Numbered from the stretch's first letter, positions 35,007-44,226 are shown. The stretch: 64,000 nucleotides of DNA from an uncultured Gemmatimonadota bacterium (GCA_902826615.1 CADEFN010000012.1:4521-68520), one strand, 5' to 3'. Notes: a model not told the origin generated them from the letters alone. Translations and numbers: made by a program.

Positions 35007-35584
35007 ATCTACGCTCCGGCGTTACTCAGGAGTTGAGCCGACGGTCGTCATGTGGTCGATTCGCTCCGGGCGCTTATGGTCCTAAATGCCATTCGGATCA
35101 GGAAGACCTTACCGCGCTCCGCCAGGCGCCGACGTCCGCCGTCAGAGTGGATAGTCCTAGGTCCGGAATGCGGCGCGCTAAACACCGGCGGGCCAGCTCG
35201 CCGATTTTCGATCTCGACCATGCTGAGCCAAATGGCGTGCTTTGTGACGTAGTAGCGCCGCCCCGCCGCGGTGGGCAGGAGCCCTTGAGCGCTTGACCTC
35301 CGAGCCGCGCGACTGCCGCCCATGACCAACGCCTGCGACTCCCCCGGGGCGCCGCGCGGCGTCGAGGAGCTCGTGCCGCCAGACCAGGTCCCAACCCTCC
35401 GCTGACCGCAAGCGATCAAGGCCTCTGCGCTGACGTCGACGATGCGCAGGTGCGCTCTCCCCGTGCAGTTTTGCTCTTGACAACGCCTCTGTGGCAATGT
35501 AAACAGTGGGCGCTGTTAACGGGACGCACGTTTTCCGCCCGGGCTTGAACCGCGCTATTCGAATAAGACATTCCGGAGGGACTC

Positions 35585-35842
35585 ATGACTGGGACCAGAA
35601 TGTGTCTTAGGATTATCGGGCTTGCGCTGTTGCTTTGGCTGAAGCCAGCGCCCGCGCTCGCTGCCTGCAGTGAATACATGTGTAGCTGGTGGGTCTCCGG
35701 CGAGGAGACCTGTTACTTTTGCGGCGACACCTTCACGCTACCCAACGGCCTTGAGGTGCGATGCTACTGTATTCAAAGCGGCGCTGGCGCTGGCAGCGGC
35801 ATAATTCTGCCCGTAATGCAGGATCCCAACGGCGGATGGTGA
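35585..35842 (+). CDS. small secreted Cys-rich protein (85 aa precursor)
   Basis: Signal peptide MTGTRMCLRIIGLALLLWLKPAPALA. The mature part ACSEYMCSWWVSGEETCYFCGDTFTLPNGLEVRCYCIQSGAGAGSGIILPVMQDPNGGW has 6 Cys in the first 41 residues. GGAGGG lies upstream. Confidence 0.5.
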   Translation: MTGTRMCLRIIGLALLLWLKPAPALAACSEYMCSWWVSGEETCYFCGDTFTLPNGLEVRCYCIQSGAGAGSGIILPVMQDPNGGW

Positions 35843-36421
35843 AGAGCTTCTTGGGCGCTGACGGCTCAGATTGGCGAGTTCAGCTTCAGTGCAAGAGTGC
35901 GTCGTGCTAGTTCGGCGTTACAAGTCGCTTGTCGTTAAGCAGTAGCGCCCAGGAGCGAGCTCCGGCTCAATCGGTGCGACGAGGCACCTTCTTCGGTGTC
36001 GGGCGAGGCGCTCACAATGCGTCTTTGTCAGTGGGAGCGCGGCTCGCTCGCGGAAACCTTGGACTCGAACTGCTTCGTTGTCGACGGGACTAGGCTATGG
36101 GCGCGCCCCTCAGGTACGCCATTGAAGGAAGAGACTGGGGCGCGCTTCCCATTGGGTCTGGCCTCTGGAGACGTTGCCGCCGATCGGTGCTCTGTCACTG
36201 ATCAAGGCGCGGCAGGGCCTCGTCAGCCTACCGGAGGCCTGCGCGCGCACGCTTTCGCCGAGTCTGCCCGGTCGTCTGCTTCGGTGAGTTCAGCCGCCCA
36301 CGGAATAGGACGTCTGGACCGTCGTCGCGGCTTTGGCGGCCATGGCGCGGGCGGCCGCCCTTAGATAGTTTATCAACCCAAGTTGGCGCGATGGTGGTCT
36401 GTCGTCGCCCCTCATTTTTCT

Positions 36422-36949
36422 ATGACCATCATCCAGGTCAAGTCATTTGTCGCCCTCATCGCGGACATCGCAATAATATCGGCGGTGGGGGTCGTGCTCT
36501 ACTCGTATAACCATCGTGAGACGCCAGCCCCTACGGCTGCCGCTCTCTCGCTAGGCCAGCGCTTGCCGGACCTTCCGGAAGTGGCCTTTGCAAGCAAAGC
36601 AAACACGATCCTCCTGTACGTTCACAGCCAATGCCAATTCTGCACGCAGAGTATGGCGATGTACCGCCAACTGGCCGACATCGTGGCCTCGCGGAAGGCC
36701 GAACTGCAGATCGTCGCAGTCTCGAGAGAGCCTGGTGATATTCTGGCCGGCTACCTCGGCACAAACGGCCTTGACATCCCTCAAGTCGGTGGAATTCCGC
36801 CGGGCTGGGCGTCACTGACGGGAACACCGACTCTAGTAATCGCAGATCGCCAAGGACGGGTAGTCGCTAGCTGGGTAGGCAAACTGGATGAGCCGTCGAC
36901 TCGAGACTTGGAGTCGAAACTCGAAATCCCGGAGGGAGGCCTCGAATGA
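36422..36949 (+). CDS. membrane-anchored thioredoxin-fold protein (TlpA/redoxin-like)
   Basis: N-terminal TM helix (VALIADIAIISAVGVVLY). C-x-x-C active site in ILLYVHSQCQFCTQSM. The length fits a thioredoxin fold. An alternative TTG start lies at 36383. Confidence 0.6.
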   Translation: MTIIQVKSFVALIADIAIISAVGVVLYSYNHRETPAPTAAALSLGQRLPDLPEVAFASKANTILLYVHSQCQFCTQSMAMYRQLADIVASRKAELQIVAVSREPGDILAGYLGTNGLDIPQVGGIPPGWASLTGTPTLVIADRQGRVVASWVGKLDEPSTRDLESKLEIPEGGLE

Positions 36950-38598
36950 TGTCGCACCTGCTCGCACTCGTGATGTCGCTGTGCATCGTCCCGGCAGGCG
37001 CCGAACAGAACAGCCAACCCGGGCCAGCATCTGGCACGGTGGCGGTGGTCCGAGGGAAGGTGCAGTCGCCCCAGGATAGGCAACCGTTACGCCGAGCCGT
37101 CGTTCGGGCAATACCTGCCGACGCATCGCTCGGCGCTGCCGTTCTTGAGCCGGCAACGAGCATCACTGACGCTCTTGGCGGCTTTGAGCTTCGGGTTCCC
37201 CCAGGGCGATATCAGATCACGGCGAGCAAGCCCGGCTTTGTGACGGCGTACTATGCCGATCATGAACGCGGCGAGACGGCTAAGACAATCGTTGTCGATG
37301 GGAAGGCTCCTAAAGAGGGTGTCAACATCTCGCTCTATCGAGGAGGGGCGATCAGCGGGCTATTGTTTGACGATTTCGGTGACCCGGCTGCCAGCGTGCC
37401 AGTTACGGCGAAACGCATCACCCGTCGCGGACTAGTGCGAGTCGGCACCGGCTCAACCACGAACGACCTCGGACAGTTTCGCGTTTTCGGGCTACCAGCC
37501 GGCAGCTACTTACTCGTGGCTGAGCCCTTGAGTTCCCTGCGCGTTGATGAGCGTGACTCAATCGGGACCACTTTTTATCCGGGCGTGACTGGGCCGGAGG
37601 CGGCCGAACCCGTCCGCGTAGGCCAAGGACAGGATCTAGTCGGAATCTCCTTCGGTCTCGTCACAAACCAGCGATATCGGATTTATGGCACCGTCGTCGA
37701 TGCGGCTGGCAAGCCTGTACCGAACGCCACCGTGTTTTTGACCCAGCAGATGACGAACGCAGCTCCGGAGGAGCCAATAAGCATTAGCAGGGCTGGAGCG
37801 CAAACAGGGGTCGACGGCGAATTCTCGATCACTAACGTCGCCGCAGGTCAGTACTTCGTAGAATCCTTGAACCGCCAGCTGAAGGAAATGGCGTCTGTCA
37901 AGCTCAACGTGGCAAGCGATGTGCCAAACGTAACGCTTCAGATGGCCCGCGGGAGTTCGGTGCGCGGCCGCGTTGAGTTCTTGGATACGAGGAGTATGCC
38001 CGCCCCGCCGCCAACTTGCAGAGTCGCGGACATCCCGTTGCGGGGCGCAAGAATTGCCCCTAGTGGATTCTTGAGCTCACGGATAGGGCCTGACTGGTCG
38101 TTCGAGGTGAGCGAGATAGTAAAGGGCGCCAGAACTTTCAGGCTTCGCGATTGCGGTCCTAACCTCCGGGTCGTATCAGTGACTCAGGATGGTCGTGACG
38201 TAACCGATGAAGGCGTAGAGTTCCCTGTCGATAGCGTGCGCCACAACGTCGTCATGGCCGTCGAGACCTTAGAAAACGGGCTACATGGTACAGCTCAGAC
38301 TTCTGACGGGACTTCGATCCGCGAGTACGTGGTCGTGGCCTTCTCAGTGTCTCCTGCGCTTTGGCATGCACCTGACGAGAGGTACATACGCGTGGCGAGG
38401 CCAGACAGTGCAGGTGAGTTCGCGATGCGGGCAATGCCCGCCGGGGAGTACTTTCTTGCTGCACTTCACTACTTAGAGGATGATCAGCTCCGAGACGATG
38501 AGTTCCTGGGCCGGCTCGCTTCAGAGGCGGAGAGGGTCGTTGTTGACGCCGATCGCGTCAAGGTCGTCAAGCTGACACCGGCCGGCCAAAGGCAGTGA
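36946..38598 (+). CDS. secreted carboxypeptidase-regulatory-like (CarboxypepD_reg) repeat protein
   Basis: 550 aa with signal peptide MMSHLLALVMSLCIVPAGA. It contains repeated units such as RGKVQSPQDRQPLRRAVVRAIP...TDALGGFELRVPPGRYQITASKPGF and YGTVVDAAGKPVPNATVFL...GVDGEFSITNVAAGQYFVES. The start overlaps the previous stop (ATGA). Confidence 0.65.
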   Translation: MMSHLLALVMSLCIVPAGAEQNSQPGPASGTVAVVRGKVQSPQDRQPLRRAVVRAIPADASLGAAVLEPATSITDALGGFELRVPPGRYQITASKPGFVTAYYADHERGETAKTIVVDGKAPKEGVNISLYRGGAISGLLFDDFGDPAASVPVTAKRITRRGLVRVGTGSTTNDLGQFRVFGLPAGSYLLVAEPLSSLRVDERDSIGTTFYPGVTGPEAAEPVRVGQGQDLVGISFGLVTNQRYRIYGTVVDAAGKPVPNATVFLTQQMTNAAPEEPISISRAGAQTGVDGEFSITNVAAGQYFVESLNRQLKEMASVKLNVASDVPNVTLQMARGSSVRGRVEFLDTRSMPAPPPTCRVADIPLRGARIAPSGFLSSRIGPDWSFEVSEIVKGARTFRLRDCGPNLRVVSVTQDGRDVTDEGVEFPVDSVRHNVVMAVETLENGLHGTAQTSDGTSIREYVVVAFSVSPALWHAPDERYIRVARPDSAGEFAMRAMPAGEYFLAALHYLEDDQLRDDEFLGRLASEAERVVVDADRVKVVKLTPAGQRQ

Positions 38599-38601
38599 GA
38601 C

Positions 38602-38946
38602 ATGACTCAGCGGGCGTTGCGGCGCGGAACAGCTTTTCTGCTATCGGTGGCCTATCTTTCGAGCCAAGGTCCCCAGGTCGAAGCAGAAGCTCACGTTACG
38701 GCGGGCTCTGTGTTTGTTACGGGACTTGTTCGTCGGGCTGGAAGGTATTCGCTGCCAGAGGAACGCGTGATGACGGTGCGCGAGGCGATTCTTGCGGCCG
38801 GCGGTATTCTGGCCGGCGCCGATCTAGATCTAGTTCAGGTTCTGCGACGCGAGGAAGGCCATGATCTGGTCCTAAGGGTCGGCTTGGATTTTGCCCTGCG
38901 TGACGCAGATACAGTGGTGGTCCGCCCAAGAGAAGGCAGTGAGTGA
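38602..38946 (+). CDS. small protein with SLBB-like (soluble-ligand-binding beta-grasp) segment
   Basis: 114 aa. VTGLVRRAGRYSLPEERVMTVREAILAAGGILAGADLDLVQVLRRE...DADTVVVRPRE resembles the SLBB unit of polysaccharide-export-type proteins. This is a weak call. Confidence 0.4.
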   Translation: MTQRALRRGTAFLLSVAYLSSQGPQVEAEAHVTAGSVFVTGLVRRAGRYSLPEERVMTVREAILAAGGILAGADLDLVQVLRREEGHDLVLRVGLDFALRDADTVVVRPREGSE

Positions 38947-38990
38947 CATGTCGGGCAGCTCCTGAAGCCAGTATGCCATATACAAATCGT

Positions 38991-39123
38991 ATATGGCGCC
39001 ACGTGCGCAATACGTGCGTCCATCTCGGCTTTCGAGCGGCTCTGGCGGATCGGGAGAAAGGGAAATGCGCGTAGGCCCTTTGTGTTCAACAACTGGACGC
39101 AGTCCAAACCCCACCCTCTCCGC
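38991..39123 (+). repeat. att-like repeat unit, copy C (subfamily C/D), ending in a tRNA-like ...CCCACCCTCTCCGC
   Basis: ATATGGCGCCACGTGCGCAATACGTGCGTCCATCTCGGCTTTCGAGCGGCTCTGGCGGATCGGGAG...TGTGTTCAACAACTGGACGCAGTCCAAACCCCACCCTCTCCGC aligns along its length with 47830..47955. It shares the TCTGGCGG and CCCACCC(TCTCCGC) blocks with copies A and B. Confidence 0.55.
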
Positions 39124-39267
39124 TAAACTAAGTCACTGAAAATACACAGGCTTGCGGAATCCAATGTCCGCGCTACGGTTGAGACTCGACACGAATCCCA
39201 CCATCCCTCGCGTTGGCCGGCCACCGCCGTCCGACGCATCGTCGTCGCGCCAGTTGCCTCGAGTGAC

Positions 39268-41091
39268 CTACTTCGACGGTAGCCCGAATACCCCATATGT
39301 GCGGTTGCTCCCGGGCAGTGCGCTGCCGTCAGCCTGGTGGCCGTTGTACTCGACGCCACCGTAGTAGTTGTCTCTGATCCAGTTGTAGCGCCGTCGAAGC
39401 TGGTCGTTTCCGCGTGCAACGTCATCCGCGACCAGCTCCCGAAGTTCTGCGCCGGACCATCGATAGGCAGTGACGGTTTCGATGAAAGCGTGGTCGGGTG
39501 TGCCGACGTCGTACCAGCGGATGCCGCCCTGGTAGCGACGCCCATCCGGCCCGCCGGCGGCGACGCACACACGCACATCGTCCCACCTGCGGAGTTCCAT
39601 CTCGTTGTCTGCGAAATCGCGGGTGTCGTTGAATGCACCAGGATTCGCAGCGCCGGCGACTTCGCAGGGACCAGGTCCACAATCCGCGTCGGTGTCGCAC
39701 GCGCGCATCCCGTTGCGTGCAGGCTCGGCGCGGGTCGTGTCGGCGTCGAACGGAAATGTACGGCCAAATTGTGCCCATTCCGTCACCCTCCTCTGGGCCA
39801 CGTCGCCGTGAAGCCACTCATGCATCAGCACCGTCGCGGACGACGTCTCGGTGCCGAGTATCACCGTCATGGGACATCCACCGCCGTTCTGTCCGCCGAC
39901 GTCCCTGTCAAGTTGCAGGTTCATCGCGCAGCCGGCTTGCCTCGCGCTGTCGATGGCCGCTCGTGGCAATGCAAGCACCGCGACCATCTGCTCGAACAGG
40001 TTTGGGACGATAACAGGGTCGACGCCGCGGTCGGGTGGCAACCCCAGGTTCTTCTGCCCAGTGATGCTGATGCCAAGCACTCTGGCCAGCACGTCCACCG
40101 CAAGAAACCGACCCAGGTTCATTGCGTACACCTTCTGGCCCGGGCCGGCTGCCGCCACGAAGAGTTCCGCTGGTGCGTCCCACGTTCCCCAGATCTGAGA
40201 TCGACCGAACGGGATGACTGCGGAAGGCAATCCTCCCGGTGGCGCCACGAGGACGCCGCCGTTCGAGACTGCGAGGACGGACCCGTCGCCGGGCGCTCCC
40301 ACAACCCTCGCGCCGCCGACCCATCCCTCGGTTGAATCGAGGCGGTTGGGCCAGCGAACCCAGTAGAGCAAGTCTCCTCGGTTACTCCGCGCCAGGATGA
40401 TAGGCACTCCAGACATGACCACAACCATTGGATCTCCCGTCAGGCCGCGGCTGCCTGGACCTGCGACTTCGAGCACCTCTCGCGCCTGCCATCCTCTCTT
40501 GCCCCCAGCTCCGGCTGTGGGGCCCTGCAACGCGAACGTCAATGAACGTCGGCCGTTGGTTGCGGCCATCATGAAGAACGGTCCGTATGCAGCAAGGGTG
40601 GCGTGCCTGCCCGTACTCTTGATGTCCGGGTTGTCCTCAGCCGACCAGATGGCCGCAATGGCGGCGTCGCATGCGGCCTCCCGAAATACCACCGAGCCGT
40701 CGCCTCGCACGAAGCTCACACCCACTGCCGCACTCGAACTCGCAGCGAGGCTCGGCGGGCCTGTGGCGCCGGCGCCAATGAACTGCGCCGCAGTCCACTG
40801 GCCTGGAGACGACGAGGAGCGCGAGGACACGAAGACGGTATCGCCGTCGAGCCACGCGACGTAGAGGCGATTGCATGCGAGCACCATGGCCGCCGTCGTT
40901 CGGCCGAGCGTTGTCCATGAGGGGGCCGACAGGGCCGATGACGTCTCTTCGCTTCCCGCGACCATCGCCCCGCGCGGCGGAGGCGGTGCGTCGCTGCGAT
41001 CGATGCCCGACGCGACCACCAGCTCATTCCGTCGGGTGCGAGCGGCGACGTACACCGTCCCGGACCCCGCGTCGCGTACCGCCGTCGGCAC
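39268..41091 (-). CDS. large hypothetical protein (607 aa) with HEWLH (HExxH) motif; possibly 5'-truncated
   Basis: The long ORF is coding-like. The C-terminal half contains ATVLMHEWLHGDVAQRR and a Cys/Asp-rich segment, CDTDADCGPGPCE. The N-terminal half has repetitive beta-like segments (VYVAARTRRNELVVAS, LYVAWLDGDTVFVSS). There is no signal peptide. The terminal repeat of the IS element begins 19 bp upstream of the ATG. Confidence 0.55.
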   Translation of the reverse strand: MPTAVRDAGSGTVYVAARTRRNELVVASGIDRSDAPPPPRGAMVAGSEETSSALSAPSWTTLGRTTAAMVLACNRLYVAWLDGDTVFVSSRSSSSPGQWTAAQFIGAGATGPPSLAASSSAAVGVSFVRGDGSVVFREAACDAAIAAIWSAEDNPDIKSTGRHATLAAYGPFFMMAATNGRRSLTFALQGPTAGAGGKRGWQAREVLEVAGPGSRGLTGDPMVVVMSGVPIILARSNRGDLLYWVRWPNRLDSTEGWVGGARVVGAPGDGSVLAVSNGGVLVAPPGGLPSAVIPFGRSQIWGTWDAPAELFVAAAGPGQKVYAMNLGRFLAVDVLARVLGISITGQKNLGLPPDRGVDPVIVPNLFEQMVAVLALPRAAIDSARQAGCAMNLQLDRDVGGQNGGGCPMTVILGTETSSATVLMHEWLHGDVAQRRVTEWAQFGRTFPFDADTTRAEPARNGMRACDTDADCGPGPCEVAGAANPGAFNDTRDFADNEMELRRWDDVRVCVAAGGPDGRRYQGGIRWYDVGTPDHAFIETVTAYRWSGAELRELVADDVARGNDQLRRRYNWIRDNYYGGVEYNGHQADGSALPGSNRTYGVFGLPSK

Positions 41092-41141
41092 ATCCCCGCT
41101 GAGAAGGGGTGACGTCCGCCCCGTTTGAGTAGCACTCGGCT

Positions 41142-41996
41142 TTAGAGTCCGGTGGTTACTTTCGCCGTCTTCGTCCGTGCCGTCAACTGCTCCGCGTAGG
41201 CGGCGGGCGTCAGCCCGCCGAGTCCCTTCTTCGGACGTTCTTCCTTGTACTCACGCCGCCAGGCCTCGATGACGACCTGCGCATGCGCCAGGCTCGTGAA
41301 CCAGTGCTCGTTCAGGCACTCGTCGCGGAAGCGACCATTGAAGGACTCGATGTAGGCATTCTGCGTCGGCTTGCCTGGTTCGATCAGCCGCAGCGTCACG
41401 CCGCGGTCGTGCGCCCAGGTCAGCATGGCGCGCCCGCAGAACTCCGATCCGTTGTCCGTACGCAGCACCTGGGGCAGGCCGCGCGTGACGGCGAGCGTAT
41501 CCAAGACGCGAGTGACGGGCAGGCCGCCCAGCGCCCGCGCTGGCACGACGGCCACCGCTTCCGTGGTCGCGTCGTCGACGATCGTCAGGCACTTCAACAC
41601 GCGCCCCTCGGCCGTGCGATCGAACACGAAGTCGGCCGACCACACCTCGTTCGGCGCCTGCGGTCGAGCGAGCGGCTGCCGATCGGCGAGTGGCACCTTC
41701 TTGCGGCGCCGGCGCCGGACCTGCAGCCGCGCTTCCGCGTAGAGGCGGTCGACCCGCTTGTGATTGACCCGTCGACCTTCTTGCCGCAGCTTCAGGTAGA
41801 TCATGCCGGCCCCGTACCGGCGGTGGCGGTGCGCCAGGGCGGCGATGCGATCGCGCAGCGTGGGATCGGGATCCGGGCGTGGGACGTAGCGAAACGCCGA
41901 GGCGCTCATGTGGACGACCTGCAGTCCGTGCCGCTCGCTGAGCCCCCGCGTGACCATCTCCCGCACCACCTCGCGTCGAGCCGGTGCGGTCACCAC
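41142..41996 (-). CDS. IS3-family transposase OrfB (DDE/rve integrase core), expressed by -1 frameshift from orfA
   Basis: Sequence: ...[33 protein letters not shown]...[57 protein letters not shown]. This carries the D, D and E catalytic residues and the K/R signature. Confidence 0.85.
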   Translation of the reverse strand: MVTAPARREVVREMVTRGLSERHGLQVVHMSASAFRYVPRPDPDPTLRDRIAALAHRHRRYGAGMIYLKLRQEGRRVNHKRVDRLYAEARLQVRRRRRKKVPLADRQPLARPQAPNEVWSADFVFDRTAEGRVLKCLTIVDDATTEAVAVVPARALGGLPVTRVLDTLAVTRGLPQVLRTDNGSEFCGRAMLTWAHDRGVTLRLIEPGKPTQNAYIESFNGRFRDECLNEHWFTSLAHAQVVIEAWRREYKEERPKKGLGGLTPAAYAEQLTARTKTAKVTTGL

Positions 41997-42253
41997 TTTT
42001 TTCGCAACACCTCACGGGTCACCTCGTTTTCCAGGAGGGCGTCCGCGAGCAGCTTCTTCAGCCGGCCGTTTTCGATCTCGAGCTCCTTCAGACGCTTCGC
42101 GTCCGACACGCTCATGCCGCCGAACTTGCTGCGCCAGAGGTAGTAGCTCGCGTCGGAGAACCCGTGCTTGCGACAGAGGTCCTTGACCGGGATCCCGGCA
42201 TCGGCCTCGCGCAGGAACCCCACGATCTGTGCTTCCGTGAACCGCTTCTTCAT
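41990..42253 (-). CDS. IS3-family transposase OrfA (HTH)
   Basis: Sequence: [77 protein letters not shown]. This is an HTH followed by a leucine zipper. Confidence 0.85.
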   Translation of the reverse strand: MKKRFTEAQIVGFLREADAGIPVKDLCRKHGFSDASYYLWRSKFGGMSVSDAKRLKELEIENGRLKKLLADALLENEVTREVLRKKW

Positions 42254-42321
42254 CGTCCGACCCTTTCGCTAGGCCGGACTCTAAACCGAAACGCTACTCA
42301 GACTCGGGGGGACGTCACCGG

Positions 42322-42363
42322 TGACGTCCCCCCGAGTCTGAGTAGCGTTTCAGTTCAGAGTCC
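42322..42363 (+). repeat. solo left-end inverted repeat of a second copy of the same IS, abutting the intact copy head-to-head
   Basis: TGACGTCCCCCCGAGTCTGAGTAGCGTTTCAGTTCAGAGTCC lies 4 bp (CCGG) from the outer end of the intact IS. Similarity to the IS stops after ...AGAGTCC. Confidence 0.6.
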
Positions 42364-42476
42364 TTCCCCAGGACATTGGCCTCGTCCATTGAGAGGCACG
42401 CGCCGAATCAGATGGAGTTCGCATGCACCCGCAGCGGACGCCGGCTGATACCCGTCACGTCAAGGTGCCCGTCAGG

Positions 42477-42644
42477 TTCGAGCTCGTGCCGGCGTTCAAG
42501 GTGTGAGGGAGCGCGATTGCGCTGTACCTGTTTTGTACCTGATACTCAGGCTTTGAGTGAATTTGGTGGATTGAGGGCTTCTGATCGGGCCTAAACCGTT
42601 GATGGGAGCGAGGATCGCGGGAACGAATCCCACCCTCTCCGCCA
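42477..42644 (+). repeat. att-like repeat unit, copy A (subfamily A/B), ending in a degenerate tRNA-Ser-like T-arm, acceptor and CCA
   Basis: TTCGAGCTCGTGCCGGCGTTCAAGGTGTGAGGGAGCGCGATTGCGCTGTACCTGTTTTGTACCTGATACTCAGG...GAGCGAGGATCGCGGGAACGAATCCCACCCTCTCCGCCA aligns with 48045..48211. The last 33 nt look like GCGGG-AACGAAT-CCCAC + CCTCTCC-G-CCA. That is the tRNA-Ser-type acceptor and G73, but with a non-functional AAC in place of TTC in the loop. Confidence 0.55.
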
Positions 42645-42968
42645 ACAATAAGTCATTACAGGTCAACAATTTACAGTCTGCCAAGGGCTGAGCTGTACCT
42701 GTTTTGTACCTGAAGCACCACGTGGGTGGGTTTTCGACCCCCTCTGGGGCTTCGCACACAGCCGCGGCAGGCTGATTTAGCAGATCGCGGCGCCGCTTGG
42801 CGGGCATGGCGGCGCGCTGAATTGTGCGCCGACGTGCGGAACCTCCACTCGCCACTGCGGCGTCGATCGATGCCCACGACCTGAGGGTCATCCCCTCGGT
42901 CGATCGGTCGGATTTTCAACCGGCGGAACTGTCGGAGTTTCGCCCAGCGTTGACGCCTGCCTCATGCC

Positions 42969-43358
42969 GTGGGTTCAATCGCTGTCGGTGCTGCACGGTG
43001 GACGGTTACTGCCGCGCTGGATCAAGGTCACGGCCCACGCGTTTACCACGCGTTCATCACGACGGCGCCGGCCGCCTACCACGCGCCGTCCACCCTCACG
43101 CTGCACTCGGCCTCGCTCAACGACGTCGCTGGCCTGGCCGCCGATCCGGTGCGCCTCGAGCTGGCGCGGCGCCAGCGGTCCGGCCGGCTCGTGCTGGTTG
43201 AGACCACGCACTTCGTGTGGCAGCGCGCCCGCTACCGGGAGGGGCGGCACCTGTTCACGCCGGCCGACCCGCTGCTCGTGGGCCTGAACACGCTGCAGCA
43301 CTGGCTGTGGCACCGCATCGGCCTGCCGCCCGCTGACCGGCCGCGCGCGCACGCGTAG
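42969..43358 (+). CDS. hypothetical protein, paralog of 23874..24248
   Basis: RVYHAFITTAPAAYHAPSTLTLHSASLNDVAGLAADPVRLELARRQRSGRLVLVETTHFVWQRARYREGRHLF. DNA identity to 23931-24150 is high by eye. Confidence 0.55.
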   Translation: MGSIAVGAARWTVTAALDQGHGPRVYHAFITTAPAAYHAPSTLTLHSASLNDVAGLAADPVRLELARRQRSGRLVLVETTHFVWQRARYREGRHLFTPADPLLVGLNTLQHWLWHRIGLPPADRPRAHA

Positions 43359-43398
43359 ACCGAGCGGCCACAACTCGAGACACCCACGGAGGGACGCA

Positions 43399-43746
43399 AT
43401 GGACATTCAGGTTTGGATTCGACGGGTCGGCGTCGGAGCGCCAGCCGGAAAGCTGGCCGACGCGGAAGTTCACTTCGGCGATGGCGTGCTGGCGGGGCTC
43501 AAGCTCGTGGGCTTCGCGGTGTGGGCGCGGCGCGATGGCACCGGCAACACCGTGTCGTTCCCGGCCCGGCCGTTCGTCGTCCATGGCGAGCGGCGCAACT
43601 TTGCGCTGCTTAGGGCGGTGCAGGACCTAGCTGCGCAGCAGCCACTGCGCAACGAAATCCTGCAGGCCTATGACGCTGAAGTGCTTCGAGACCCGCGCGC
43701 GAGTCGCGCGGAGAGCCCTGCCGATTCGCAGGCGGAACTGAACTGA
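43399..43746 (+). CDS. SpoVG-like protein (copy 3)
   Basis: Sequence: MDIQVWIRRVGVGAPAGKLADAEVHFGDGVLAGLKLVGFAVWARRDGTGNTVSFPARPFVVHGERRNFALLRAV. GGAGGG lies upstream. Confidence 0.55.
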   Translation: MDIQVWIRRVGVGAPAGKLADAEVHFGDGVLAGLKLVGFAVWARRDGTGNTVSFPARPFVVHGERRNFALLRAVQDLAAQQPLRNEILQAYDAEVLRDPRASRAESPADSQAELN

Positions 43747-43755
43747 GGAGCCACC

Positions 43756-43971
43756 GTGGAGGGCCAGGAGCAGATCTTCGAGCGTCACTACTCGGTGGAA
43801 GAGCTCGCGACACTCTGGCAAGTGAGCGACGACTTCGTGCGTCGCCTGTTTCGCCACGAGCCGGGGGTTGTCGTGTTCTCGAAGTACCGACCCGGCAAGC
43901 GCACTTATCGGGTACTGCGCGTGCCGGAGTCCGTTGCGCGCAGGGTTCACAGGCGCGCCGCGCTTCCGTAG
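43756..43971 (+). CDS. excisionase-family HTH protein, paralog of 24699..24923
   Basis: Sequence: YSVEELATLWQVSDDFVRRLFRHEPGVVVFSKYRPGKRTYRVLRVPESVARRVHRR. Confidence 0.6.
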   Translation: MEGQEQIFERHYSVEELATLWQVSDDFVRRLFRHEPGVVVFSKYRPGKRTYRVLRVPESVARRVHRRAALP

Positions 43972-44226
43972 GCTGGGTCGCAGCCACAGCGTCGCGAGAG
44001 AATGCACGAGGCGCGCGCCAAACCACCCGCGGACTCCTAAAGTGGCCGCAGGAGGAGCACTGGACGTCGTAGACAGCTCCCGGCTAGCGGATCCGAGGCC
44101 TCGGATTCGGCTTCTTGCGGCGCATGGTCCGGCGATGCTCCTCGTGATCCTGCGGTGCCCACAACAGACGCCCTACCTGGCCTTTCGTCCAGCGGAGGGG
44201 CCGCGCATGTGCCGGTGGCATCCGGG

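Larger units (their letters stand above)
41110..42317 (-). mobile_element. intact IS3-family (IS407-group-like) insertion sequence, ~1.2 kb
   Basis: Imperfect terminal inverted repeats TGACGTCCGCCCCGTTTGAGTAGCACTCGGCTTTAGAGTCC (41110...) and the reverse complement of TGACGTCCCCCCGAGTCTGAGTAGCGTTTCGGTTTAGAGTCC (...42317). It has orfA plus orfB with the slippery A6G heptamer (complement of 41996-42002) at their overlap. Confidence 0.85.

Noticed and set aside
35048-35497. Minus-strand ORF with a segment (ESQALVMGGSRAARRSSAQGLLPTAAGRRYYVTKHAIWLSMVEI) reminiscent of an excisionase/AlpA-type HTH.
   Set aside because: The resemblance is loose and the start codon is unclear. The ORF overlaps other equally long frames in a region that looks degraded. 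This is not enough to call a gene.
35996-36364. 122-aa plus-strand ORF between the Cys-rich peptide gene and the TlpA-like gene.
   Set aside because: There is no RBS, the start is GTG, and the C-terminal half has shadow-like (Gly/Arg/Ala-rich) composition. No motif was recognised.
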